Assembly: GCA_038496445.1 (NCBI GenBank)
Contig: JALMLS010000500.1
Coordinates: 1-64,000 of the forward strand
Direction of reading: 5' to 3'
Length of the DNA stretch: 64,000 bases
Source: Trichosphaerium sp. ATCC 40318
Lineage: Eukaryota > Protista > Tubulinea
Part shown: positions 10,554 through 22,608 of the stretch, in pieces
Numbering within the stretch: position 1 is the first letter of the stretch
Layout of the letters: every line of letters begins with the position of its first letter
Position numbers and translations under genes: made by a program
Notes under the pieces: model-generated
What the model was told of the DNA's origin: nothing
What the model saw: only the letters and a program-made list of their open reading frames with translations
Database searches by the model: none

Positions 10554-11752
10554 ATGTCCAGCGGAAATTGCTGTTCTGGAGGGCGAGGGCGAAAAAGAGC
10601 TGCTAGTTCGGCTTCAGGTAAGTGCTCAAATGCGTAGTGCTACCTCTGTGGTCGCGCAATATTACTCGTATTAACGTAATGTAGGAATAAACGTTGTAAA
10701 CGCGCAGCCTGTAGCAGCTAGTGAAGCCTACAAGCACGTGTTTAAGATTTTACTCGTCGGGGACAGGTAGGTTTAAATTACGTTCCCAAAGCTGTTTCCA
10801 GAGCACCTGGAATATTGACGTGGTTACTAGCGGCGTAGGAAAATCTAGTTTGGTTCTGCGATACTGCGAAGATAAATTCAGAGACCAGCACATAACTACT
10901 ATTGGTATTGATTTCAAGGTGCTACAGAAACTTAATCTTAAGAGTGGTGAACACAAACTTCAATTCTCACCTTTTTTTTTTTTCTTTTACGCTATCGAAC
11001 TTTTAACGAAAACTCACTTTGATTGTAAACGTACGTCACCAATATCGTTTGTAGGTGAAACTAGTTACAGTAGATGGTGAGAAGACAAAATTACAGGCAA
11101 GTAGCACACATAAGCAAAGTCGAATACTAATCGAAATAGATTTGGGATACTGCTGGGTACAATTTCTTTGTAGCACGTTTTTTTGTTAAAACGGCAATAG
11201 TCAAGAGCGGTTTCATACGCTCACTACAAGCTACTACAGAGGAGCGCACGCAATTATATTGGTATACGATGTCGCTCACAGAAAGTCTTTTGGTATGAAT
11301 AATTCTGGCAACACTTACTTACGTAGTTTGTTAAAAAGAGAACGTGGAGAAGTGGATGAGAGATATAAGCAAATTTGCAGCACCTCATATTCAATTAGTA
11401 TTAATTGGAAACAAATCAGACTTAGTGCATAGTCGTAAGGTAAAAGAGAGTGAAGGAAGGCAGCAAGCTAAGGTATTAAAAATGGACTTTTTTGAAACAT
11501 CAGCAAAGGAAGATGCCAATGTCGGTGCGTGCATAAGTTTGAAACAACAATTGACAGTGTGCTACCATTTTGACGCTTGACTATAGATGAGCTGTTCATG
11601 ACGGTTGCCCAAAAGGTGTATAAGGAGCGTCAAAATGATGATGGTTGGGAATAAAATAAGCTTTCTCTTTTTTTTGGACGTTTGCTATAGTATTGAGCTG
11701 TAATTGTATAGTAAATATCCCAATAAGACAATGTTGTTGCAAAGATATATGA
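10554..11752 (+). CDS. Rab-family small GTPase (Rab1/Rab8-like); multi-exon
   Basis: Motifs [43 protein letters not shown] and ETSAK. The spliced last exon gives ...IRQCCCKDI* (prenylation-type end). Confidence 0.93.
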
Positions 11753-11860
11753 GTAAACCACTGAAACAAAAAAAAAAATATCTATTCTACATGCAGACAA
11801 TCACGACTTGCAACATAGTCTTTCTGTTGGTGATCTCTCTTTTTCTGACTAAAAACTTTG

Positions 11861-12977
11861 TTACTTCTCATGGCGTTTCTTGAATTTTTCAAAGACTGGA
11901 TCTCCAGCTAGCTTTTCTGCAGGCTCCCAGTTATTTGCATCATTAGAAAAGTTTTTCCATTTTACAAGATACTCCTTGCCCTAACACAAAAATGTCAGCA
12001 TTGTACAAATTACTGCTTGCTGAGTGGGTACTTTGCTACCACTGCGTTTTGCAAGGATTTGCTCCACTTCATGTATTTGTTGATCATTAGCAACAAGGCC
12101 ATGCTATCGGTGTTGGTTTAGTAGTGCATAGCTTAGGTGTGCAATATTTTTCTGCTGTTTTACCTTTTCAATATAGTTTGCAAAAGTAGTGTTACCAGCC
12201 ATAGCATCTGCAGGTTCCCATGATGCCTCTGTCATTGGAAAACCAGTCCATTTTACAAAGTATTCATAATCATCAGCATTGCTTGATTTTCTTCTCTACA
12301 TTGAACATAAGGACTAACACACATCAACCGTTTTATGTTGGCTTGTTTCTGTACAGCCAGTTTCTTTTTTTTTTTTTTTTTGATTGATAGTTGTGTGGTT
12401 ACCTTTGATTTTTTGCGTCGGTGTTTCATAATGTTTTCAACATAAAAGAATTCTTCTTCTTCTTCTTCTTCTGAACTTGAGGTGGTACTTGGGCTACGTT
12501 TACGTTTCTTAGGTGGTGCTCTTTTTTTTGGAGATTTTGTGGGCGTTTTCTTTCTGGGTGATTTATTGGTGCCATTCTTTGTCTTTGTAGGTGAATTAGA
12601 GTTAGAACGCAGTGTACGCCTGGGAGGGGAAGGTTCTCTGTCTTTGGCTTTCTTAGCCGCTTGCTATTTGGAGTACACGTAAGAACTCACTTACTAAAAA
12701 ACTTGTTGTAAAGCCATTGTAGAAGGAACACGTACGTATTTGATGAATACTACGTTATTTTTCAAGTGTATTTCGGGTTCCCTTGAGTTTGGAGTTAATA
12801 AGGTCAACTTACAAATGCTGTGGTACCATGTGATGTCTGAATAGCCTTTCCAAGCCACACGGTACTCTGTTTTATTCTATCGCGCTAGTAAGAACCGCAA
12901 ATCACTCTTACAGTCGCATTACGTACTCCTTTTTTCCTTTCAGCAAGTATTCTCTCAACAATGTACTCTTCAGACAT
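11861..12977 (-). CDS. Protein with three chromodomains (start may extend upstream)
   Basis: MSEEYIVERIL..EYRVAWKGYSDITWEPE; FYVENIM..EYFVKWTGFPMTEASWEPA; HEVEQIL..EYLVKWKNFSNDANNWEPA. Domains 1 and 2 are joined by a basic SP-rich linker. Confidence 0.88.
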
Positions 12978-13432
12978 GCTGTGCTCCTTGCGATGGTTAT
13001 CTCACAAAATACAATTATAACTGCTATAATTGACCTACGACGACTCGACTCCTGCGCGATAATTCTCCATCCTAGATAAAGACACACTACAGACAAAACA
13101 AGATGATTGAGATAAAAGTTAGAGACGAGTATTACTTGTAGCTTACTCGAAAAAGTATGATGGAACGCCTGCTACAGCGCATTTGTATCACGCCTTGAGA
13201 TAGATTATTCACAAGTAAATTATCAATCACATTTTTGTTGTGTTGCATTTCATTGGCTTTCTGGGATATTGTGTTGCAATGTCGTTCTTTCAATAGCGGC
13301 ACTATGGGTAAAACACAAGTGTTACAAGTTTTTGAGTAAAACGTTTATGTTAACTGTACGTCAGGTCAAATAATATGGAGCAAAGTTAGTTCATTTGTAC
13401 AAAAACCACCATATTGTTGTGCCACCAATTGT

Positions 13433-16400
13433 TTAATTTACATATTTCATTGGCAAGTCTCCTCTGCTGTTATGCTTCTTCTTATTGCTCTTTTTCTTTT
13501 TTGGAGCGTCTGATTCACCAACGCTGTGTGACCGATTTCTCGTCGCTTGCCTTTCCGAAGGTTGCAACACTTCTAGTAGAGATATAATCTTAAATTCCAC
13601 TCGCTATAGTACAAAAGTAAGTAACTAATCTAGAAGTATGGAGGCATACGTGTTCAGTCTTGTTGCCTGATTTGTGGAGCATCGAAAACATATTAGACTT
13701 GTTGGACATTATCCAACCGACCAAATCAGATAATGCACTCTTTTCGTTGTTCCATGCTACAGGTACACGAGTTTTACTTAGTCTTGCAGGTCTGGACATG
13801 GACCATTCTTGAATCCTGTAAAATGGTCTTTTCCATAACTCCTCGTCCAAATCCAAGTCCTGAATCCAATGTTTTGCTTTAGTGGAGATATTGCGTAGCA
13901 CATCAGCGACTAGCGCAAGTGTTCTCATTGCTTTACGGCCTGGGCGTGCTGTAATAGTTTAGTTCAAGTAATCATTATTATACACGTACAATTGGTAGTA
14001 ATGCCATATCTTGCTGGCCTCTCAATTGCCTTACAGAAGTAATTTATAAAAATGAAGCTGAACACATCCTGTGTTGTATTTCTGGCTAGAGTGTTTGCAA
14101 ATACCCACAGACCACTATAAAACAAAAGCGTGAGAATTACTTGCTACCCTCTAAGGATTGTTGTTTATTACCTTGGGCAGGTCGCGAGACCTTGTAAAAT
14201 CGCAGTGATAAAGTTGTCACTAGTGATACGCAATTTGTCCAGCATTGTAGCTTTGGCTTCAGGAGGTAACAATGTATTGTCGACCTAATAATTATTTTAG
14301 TCATTTCCTTTGTGTGAAAAGTAATTCACCTCAAGTTCCATGTTATCAGATACAATAGGTTCCACAAGTCTGGCCAACACTTGCTTCAGCCAAGTTTGAC
14401 AATATGACATTGAAAACTCTACAAATATTGCTTTTGACATACTAGAGTGGAGGTACTAAATGCTGTCAGTTTGGGTGTAACCTTTTTCAAGTACTTGGTG
14501 TTGAGAGTAATTGTTTGTGACTTCCACATCAATGATAGCCTCTGTGAGTACATCCATTTGGTATTCAGCATGGAATATAGTTACTAGCCACTTTGCTACG
14601 GACTTGATATTCATTAGTCCAAAAATAAATAATAGTCTTCACTTACATTTAATTCAGAGTCGTTGTTTGAAACAATTAGAGCATTTGTAATGGTCTGTGC
14701 CATTTCTTTGTTGTCTGTAAGTACGTTGATGAGTGCTAAAACGAGCGGAGAGCCTCGATCTAGATGGTAGCGTGTTAAATCGATTATTTAAGCAACAGAC
14801 TAAAAATCATACCACCAAACTTGATACTCCTTTTCGTTGTTTTACCAATGTCTTGCAACGAGCCCGCTTTGTGTTTATGAGATTTTTCACCAGGAATCTG
14901 AAGAGCAGGACCTTGGTAAAAAAAGAAAATTAGCTCAAAAGCTCAAAAAGGTTGTGCAACTTACTGACAGGTTTTGGACAGACGGCGTCAAGAACGTCTT
15001 CCAAACGATCCAAGAGGTGAGGCTTTATTACATCCGAAAAGTGAAAGTCGACTTGATCAGGCTAAGCAAGGAAGTAAGCACAAGATTCATTAGGATTAAC
15101 CAAATATTTAAATTAACACTTGAGTACGTACAGCACGCTCCTTGATTTGCTTTGTAAATTTTTCTCTGCGTTTGTAAATATGAGCTGTCATTGTTTTAAT
15201 GTAACCAGATCTTCCAGTCACTTGTGGTGGGTAGGTCATAACTTGTCCAAGGAATTCTTTCATAGGCTTATCATTTTTAATCAAGAACCTTAACACGACA
15301 GTAAGTGGTTTGTACTAAAAAGTAAGAAACAAGAAAAACTTACCTATTGAGCTCGGCCATATAAGGTTCCTTAAACTTGGTACCATTGGCTAGATTTTGT
15401 AGAACCTTACCAATGAGTAATAGTGTTCTTCTTGTCTGTGACAATAATATTAGCTAATTTGTTGATTCTTATCAGTTACCTCAATTGAATTAATCTCAGG
15501 GAGCTTAAATGTCTCTGGAGAAGCAACACAAGGACAGAAGAATCTCAAGAAAATAAAACCAGCCATCTATAAAGCAAATAGTTGTCAGAACCTCATGACA
15601 GTGTGATTGCAACTATGACGTACAGCAAGTTGGAGAGAGTCTGTACCAAACTTGGCCTTAACCTTTCCAGCAATATTGCTTGCAATCTTGATAAATGCGA
15701 CTGGCATGTAGTCTATAGACTTTAGGATCTCATCCAAAAATTCCTGTGCCATAGTCTCAAGGATAGAGATGTGGCTGGGATCATAGCGTTCGCGGTTAGG
15801 GTCAACCTTAATGCTTTCAGTTAGGTACGAGCACAGACAGCATTATTGATTTAAAAAACTAACCTCTAATTGTATGTCGTTGTCGTTGACTTTCTTTATG
15901 TGTCTACCCAAAGCAGTTTGCGCAAATTCTATACCGTTAATTCTAGTGTAGGCACGCAGAGTCCTAGATGGGAACTCTTCGGATCTGAATAATGTAGTAG
16001 GATCCTCTGTGGGCAAGAAAAGCAAGGTTAGCAATAGGCTGCACTCGGACGTTATACGCACTTCTTAGAGAAACTTCGGTTTCAATCATAAAGTTTATCA
16101 ATTCCAAGTCTCGGCTAGCACGTTGGTACAATTGAATGATACCTGAGTGTTGTTAAGTAATGGAACACGTTAAAGAAGTACGTGTCACATACCATACACT
16201 ACTTCCTCGGCTTCTTTGCCAGTCAGGAAAGCTCTTCCAAGCGCCTCTATGAGGTTAAAGCCTCGATTTGGATGCAGTAAAGCCTGATAAAGCGTTAGTA
16301 AATTACTTTCTATTGCGACTCGACTACTTACAGAAGATAATATTTGGGCTCTTTGTTCTAAAGACATCCAATATTCTGCTTCCGCTAAACCAATACTCCT

Positions 16401-18625
16401 TTCATCTTTTTCGTTTCCTTGTTCTTCGTAAAAGGATCTGCGCATTGGAATCAGTGATAAACAATATATGGGCTCTGTCTTTCACCCAAGTATCCTTTAT
16501 TTAGAAAGTGCACATGGGCTTAGACAGAGCCAAGCTAGATACAAAATACCCCGCATTAGCAAACATTTTCCCCCAATACTTTCTCGTTGAAAGTCGGCGC
16601 ATGCGTTCCCCACGTGCTGTAGAAGGTTTCTTCTTAACAGTTTGTGTGGGTACTTGGCTGTGAGATAATGCTCGCGTATGTGAAACGACCTTCCGTGGTG
16701 CATTACCGCGTTTTCGACCTGGGCAAGATATATATATAGAATAAAATATACAAAGACAAAATGCCAACCCTTTCGTGTAGTTTGAGGGGCGCTTGAGCGC
16801 AGCGAAGACTGTGCTTCTGCAATTCGGCGTCGCCTGGGAATAAGCTTTAGAGCTACCCTGGGACAAGCAAAAAGAAAAAAAAGGATACACATATAAATAT
16901 ATAATGATAAAAAGAGAAGCAACTCACGCTGTTCCTTGATATGATAGTTGTCCAGCTAATTCATGAAGTTAGTAAAACTTCCTTTAATTAATACTATATC
17001 CACTTACATTGTGCCTCCAACCGCTTTAAGCGTGATTGTAATGAAGCATTTTCCTGTGCCTTTTCAAGCATTCTATCCTCTAACGTAGCTATTCTACATT
17101 GCAGATTTTAGTAAAAAGAAAGCAGCGCTGGTTATTATTCTTACTCTTGTCTGGAGTTTTTCAACTCAAGCGCTTTTTCAGCGCTAGAATATGCCGTTTG
17201 GTTCTCTTTTTGAAAGAGAGTTCGCTCTCTAGCATCTTGTATTAGCAAACAAAAGGGACACAGAAACTACGATAATTCTTACTCAAGCAATTTGCGTATC
17301 TGTTCTGATTGATGTTTTATTTTGTCTTCCTTCAGCTCTATCAAAGTTTCCTTATCACTGAGTTCGTGTTCTAAATAGGTAAAAAGTTAGCGTAAATACC
17401 CCAAAAGAAACCTTTTTGAGTACCCAAAGCTTCTATGCGTTTTTGTTCAGATACACCTTGCACCTCCGTGAATTTATTCAGTTTTTCTGTTAAACCATTT
17501 TAGTACACAATAAATACGCTTTTTATTGTACCTAATGCCTCTCGGTTTTTTGTTACAAGCGCAAAGTGATCTCTACGTTCCTATGACAACGTGAGAATAA
17601 GCTGGAGAAACCTAAAAGCGTACCTTAAGCATCAGTTTAATGATGTACTTTGGTGTCTGTTGATAGTATGTTTTTAAGATATTAATATCCGGAGCTAAAG
17701 AAAAGAGGTCAGAGAGAAAATATTGAAATATTTATAGCTAGCAGCTTAAACTTTGCAATACACAAAAAATAACTGATTGCTAAAATTAAAAAAGACCGCT
17801 TACCAGCAGGCATATGTAATATTGCTTCTCCAGCGAATAAATACGCATTTTCACTACATTGAGGATTAGTAAAAACAGAAAATGAAATCAGTGCATATTG
17901 CGTCATATTGGACAAGTTAGTACCTTGTGAGAATCCACTCTCGCAGTTGTGACGCAATTTCGTCTGCTTTGTCACGGCTAAAAAGCATTATAATCTTTAG
18001 GTACGAATGAAACAAATTTGGTAAAAGAACTAAAAAAATGACGGAGAATAAAATATTTTGATTGTTTTTGGACGTACTGTTTGTGAAGAGCTGATACTGT
18101 AAATCCAGAGATTAACCCTGCGCTCTTTGCACTGGAAATGACGACTTGAAGTTTGTACAAAGCTCCTTCAATATTCTTCAATATATTGTCTAGAAAGGCT
18201 CAATCAGTTACCACGCTTTCGCAAAGGTCTCATAACACAAAAACCAGATTGATGGCAAAAAAGATTTGTTTTAGCTAATTGTCGGTGAGGTTGGGTACCA
18301 ATGTCTTCGTAGTGGGCAACAAAAGGTCTTGAGCATGCTTAGAATGGTATTAGCGGCGATAGTTGGTTAGGAAAGCAGTTAAAAATTAGCTAAAAACAAA
18401 CTACGCACCTGTGATCACAGATTGTAGAGCGAATACTTGTGTTGCCGCTATTCTACAGCTCTGCACAATTTTGTCTATAAACCCTGAATTACTTGCTTCT
18501 GCACCGGACGCATCTGCTTCGTCTGTTTCGTGTTTTGCTGTACGTATTATCTCGATTATTTGAGCACGGAGAAGATTCTGAAAGTCAGCTATCTCCATCT
18601 CAGGAGACGCTTGGTATGCGGCCAT
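13433..18625 (-). CDS. Large coiled-coil RasGAP protein with a second degenerate RasGAP domain; many exons
   Basis: Domain 1 has TTLFRS (Arg finger), FIFLRFFCPCVASP and KVLQNLANG. A second LEVD...FIFINYFC...RTLALVADVLRNIS repeat follows. Confidence 0.85.
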
Positions 18626-18782
18626 GTTGTAGACCAGTTGCGAATTGGGCCAAACGTCAACAAAGCTGGTATTTTTATTTTGGTGCGTAAATGCAGTGTT
18701 TTTTTTTTTTTCAACCCAAACGTCAAAAAATTTCTAGTGGCACGGCCTTGTAAACGAGCTACACTCAACATTAACGCCCATT

Positions 18783-21072
18783 ATGGCACAGGCACTTGGG
18801 AGGCGATGCTACAGTACAGACGTTGTACGAACAAACGAAAACACAAAAAAAGGCATGGGCATCTAAGGTGTAATAACTAATCCAGATAAAGCACTTCGAT
18901 CTAGAAAGTGGGACGCAGTGGTAGTTGGTGGCGGTCACAATGGCACGAATTTAGCATTTTTGGTGGCTTTTATTGACAAAACTACATTTTAGGCTTGGTA
19001 GCTGCCTGTTACCTCGCGAAACAAGGGAAAAAAGTGGCAGTTGTAGAGAAACGGCATGTGGTAAGCGCGCAAATCTCAAATAGAAGTTGACCTTAATTCA
19101 ACAGCTTGGTGGCGCTGCTGTGACGGAGGAAATAGTCACTGACTTCAAGTTTTCGCGATGCTCTTATGTACTTTCCCTTTTTCGACCTGAGATCATCAAA
19201 ACCTTAAAACTACACGACTATGGCCTCAAATTACTCCCAAGGTAAGGTAATTTTTATATTTGTGTTTCGTGGTACTTTCTCAAACACGTGTTTTTTATTT
19301 TTTCCATTCTAACGTTCGAAAAGAGATCCTTCATCATTTACTCCGACGCGTGAAGCATCAGGTGATTATCTTCTGCTTGGCAGTGACCCTAAGTTTAATC
19401 ACGATCAAATCGCAAAGTTCTCAACACAAGGTACTGAATAGTAACATGTTTTCTTCTTTTGTAACAAGCTTAGATGCTAAAAACTTTCCCAAATACGAAT
19501 CTCTTCTTGAACGTGTTGTGGACGTCATTGAACCAATACTTGATGAGCCACCCATAGATATGAGTCGAAAAAAACTAAAAGCAAGCATAAAAATCCAGGA
19601 AGATTCCTAACTTACAGTAGGACGTACTCTCTCAAGCAGCTTCAGCAATGCAACTCGTAAAGAGAATGAAAAAATCGGATGCCAGTGTATCAGATGTTTA
19701 CGAGATAATGTCCGCCCCTGCGTCAACAATACTGGACAGGTGGTTTGGTATGTTCAATTCTGCACAGTAAAAGCTCATTTTAGTTTAGAGTCGGATATTC
19801 TAAAAGCAACACTTGCAACGGATTCTGTTATTGGGGCTATGACAAGTCCTTATTCTGAAGGCTCAGCTTATGTGTTACTACACCATTGTACGTTACAGAA
19901 AATATCTGAATTATGCCTACAAGCTGATAGTTATTAGTAATGGGTGAAACTAATGGAAAAAGAGGTGTTTGGTGCAACGTTCAAGGAGGAATGGGTGGAG
20001 TTAGGTACGAATTTTTGTACATCTTATGACTTTCTCACAACCCACAGCCAAGCCTTATCAAGGGCAGCAACTGACTTGGGCGTCGAGATGTTTACAAACA
20101 CTAATGTAAAGGAGATACTTTGCAATAATGGCAACGCAAGCGGTATTCTCTTAGATGATGATACTGTGGTTGATTCCAAGATTGTGTATCCTTCCAAATG
20201 ATCACTGTAGTTGCTGTGTCTCATATTAGAATTTCTTAATAATCTAGACTATCCAATGCAACACCAGAAGTTACTTTTAATAAGTTATGTCGCCCTGAAG
20301 ATCTACCAGATTCTTTTAAGAAGCATGTTAAAGGAATAGATTACAGCTCAGCAACGCTGAAAATGAACGTAGCACTAGATAAGATCCCTGATTTTCTATG
20401 TTGTGTACGTTAATCGAAGAAAAACAGCTTACTCATGGCACCTTAACTAGAATACTCACGGCAAGGTTGGTCCACAACATCATGGCACAATTCACCTTGA
20501 AGGATCTATGGAGGAAATACATCAATCTTATGTAGATGCAGTAACAGGCATACCATCTAAAAACCCAGTTGTTGAGATGACGTATGTCGAGTTTTATTTT
20601 TCAAAGAAAGTGTACTCAAACTGTTTTTTTTAGAATACCTTCTGCTCTAGATAACACCCTTGCGCCTGAAGGGAAACATGTGGCTTTATTTTTTGTCCAA
20701 TATGCTCCGTATAAGTTGAAGCAAGGCCTGACTTGGGAAGATCCTAGTCTAAAAGAGAAGTTCGCTGATACTGTGTTTGATAAAGTGGAACAGTTTGCTC
20801 CTGGCTTCAAATCATCTGTAATAGGACGTGATATTCTGTCCCCTCTTGATCTGGAGCGTGAATTCTCATTGACAGGCGGTAATATATTCCATGGTAGCAT
20901 GTCTTTGAACCAGCTGTATTTTATGAGACCTGCACCAAAGTTCTCTCGTTACCATACACCCATTGATGGGTTATACTTGTGTGGTGCAGGTGCTCACCCT
21001 GGTGGCGGTGTGATGGGTGCATGTGGAAGAAATGCAGCACTGGCAGCACTAGCAAGCCAAAGTAGTTGGTAA
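18783..21072 (+). CDS. PYROXD2: Pyridine nucleotide-disulfide oxidoreductase domain protein 2 (phytoene-desaturase-like FAD oxidoreductase)
   Basis: Motifs [54 protein letters not shown] and [23 protein letters not shown]. Start codon 18783 or 18806. Confidence 0.92.
20186..20247 (+). other. Probable U12-type (minor spliceosome) GT-AG intron in PYROXD2
   Basis: Donor GTATCCTT, branch-like TTTCTTAAT just before the AG. Removal restores [14 protein letters not shown]. Confidence 0.7.
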
Positions 21073-21421
21073 TAAACTATTAATCTACCTATCTAAAAAG
21101 TGATTGCGTGTTACTGTTGTATAAAACAGTGAGTAATTAACAATAGGACTTGTTAGTGTCAAACAAGATACAATGCCTTCAACGTGATATCAAAAGGACT
21201 ACTAAAATCAGCTAAAATGCGACTTCTTGGACATTTGAACAACTCTTTGCAATGCTGCTGAACTTAGTGTATCAGGTTGATTTCTTAATTCTTTTTATTG
21301 ACTAAAATGTGTTGTGTTTGTAAGCTAGTGGTGGAAAACATATACTCATACTTGCCCAGAAAGGGTGTTTAAACCTCTAGTACTACAAAGATCAAAACTG
21401 ACAGTGTGCCCGTGGGTAATA

Positions 21422-22334
21422 TTAATGTTTAGACATGTTCGTTTTGATTTGGCCATTCACCAAGGAAGTAAATACACCCACCAAAGGCTCATGTTCTCTG
21501 GCTTTTCCATCAATATATTCACAATGATAACCTACAGTACTGTCTTCTTTAAATATCAGATGGTGTCCGTCTAAACATCCATCTATATAGAACATGTAGC
21601 AATGAAGTGCCCCAGACTTGTACCACCAACGATGCTCACCTACTCTTTTGTCATCCTTGTACCATCCAAGGTGATAACGCTTTTTATTACTATGCCAGAA
21701 CTCTGCCTTCCCATCTAACTTACCTTGTTTGTAGTAACATACAATGCTGGGTTGACAAACAGGGTACACCCACCACTTTGTGAATGCACCATGTTTCTTA
21801 CCATTAACATAAGTTGTATGCTTATACAACTTACCTGCAACAGACCACTCTTTGTAATCTCCATCAAGCATCCCATCTTTATAAAAGCATAACACTCCAA
21901 GCACAACTCTAAGCGTATCATCAAGGGAGAGTTTTCTGGGTCTGTGCCATTCTCGATATTCACCATGTAGCTTGTCATCCTTGTAATTACAAAAAACTCT
22001 AGGACTTCCTTTTGGGTACCACGTTTTGCTCTCGCCTACTTTTAAACCATGTTCAAAAGTACAGTGTCCATCGAATCCCCGTTTGATAAACAGTCCATGC
22101 TTATTTAATTCAGTATCAAATCGTGAAGTGCATGCTGCTTGGAAGGAGAGAAGCGGCCATTGATAATACACGCGATTAATCCAAAACGCAACGTCTGTCT
22201 CAGCATCTAGTCGGAAAATCATGTGCTGAAGCTCCAAAGGTAATGACAGTAAATGCAGGCCTTCAGGAGGATATCTTAAAGACTAGGTGAGTTAAATGCA
22301 CTACTTTTTGTACCATACAATCGCAGATCGGCAT
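21422..22334 (-). CDS. F-box-like plus MORN-variant (YwqK-type) repeat protein; one short 5' intron
   Basis: LLSLPLELQHMIF N-terminus followed by repeated Y.DG.LDG.Y.EW / YVNGKKHG.F.KW units. Confidence 0.8.
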
Positions 22335-22608
22335 GGTCGACGTCCATGTTAAATAAGGCCCACTAGCAAGCCGTCGTGAAGTTTATGTTGTTTTTGAATA
22401 GGTTTGACATACAGTTGAATAAAAAAGGTGACAGGGCATTTTTGGCACTAATTCAAAAACAAGTCTAATTTAAACAAGCCTAAATCAGAATACCATTTTT
22501 CCAAAATCATAGGTTAGACGGACTCCATATACGTCAAGGACAACAAGCCAGAAATGTAGAAAATACAATTATTACAAACTTGATACAAGTATTTTTTTTT
22601 CATTTAAA

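Noticed and set aside
11587-11752. Rab lacking a C-terminal prenylation motif (unspliced end DDGWE*)
   Set aside because: A GT-AG intron ending at 11711 gives ...IRQCCCKDI*, a normal Cys-rich end.
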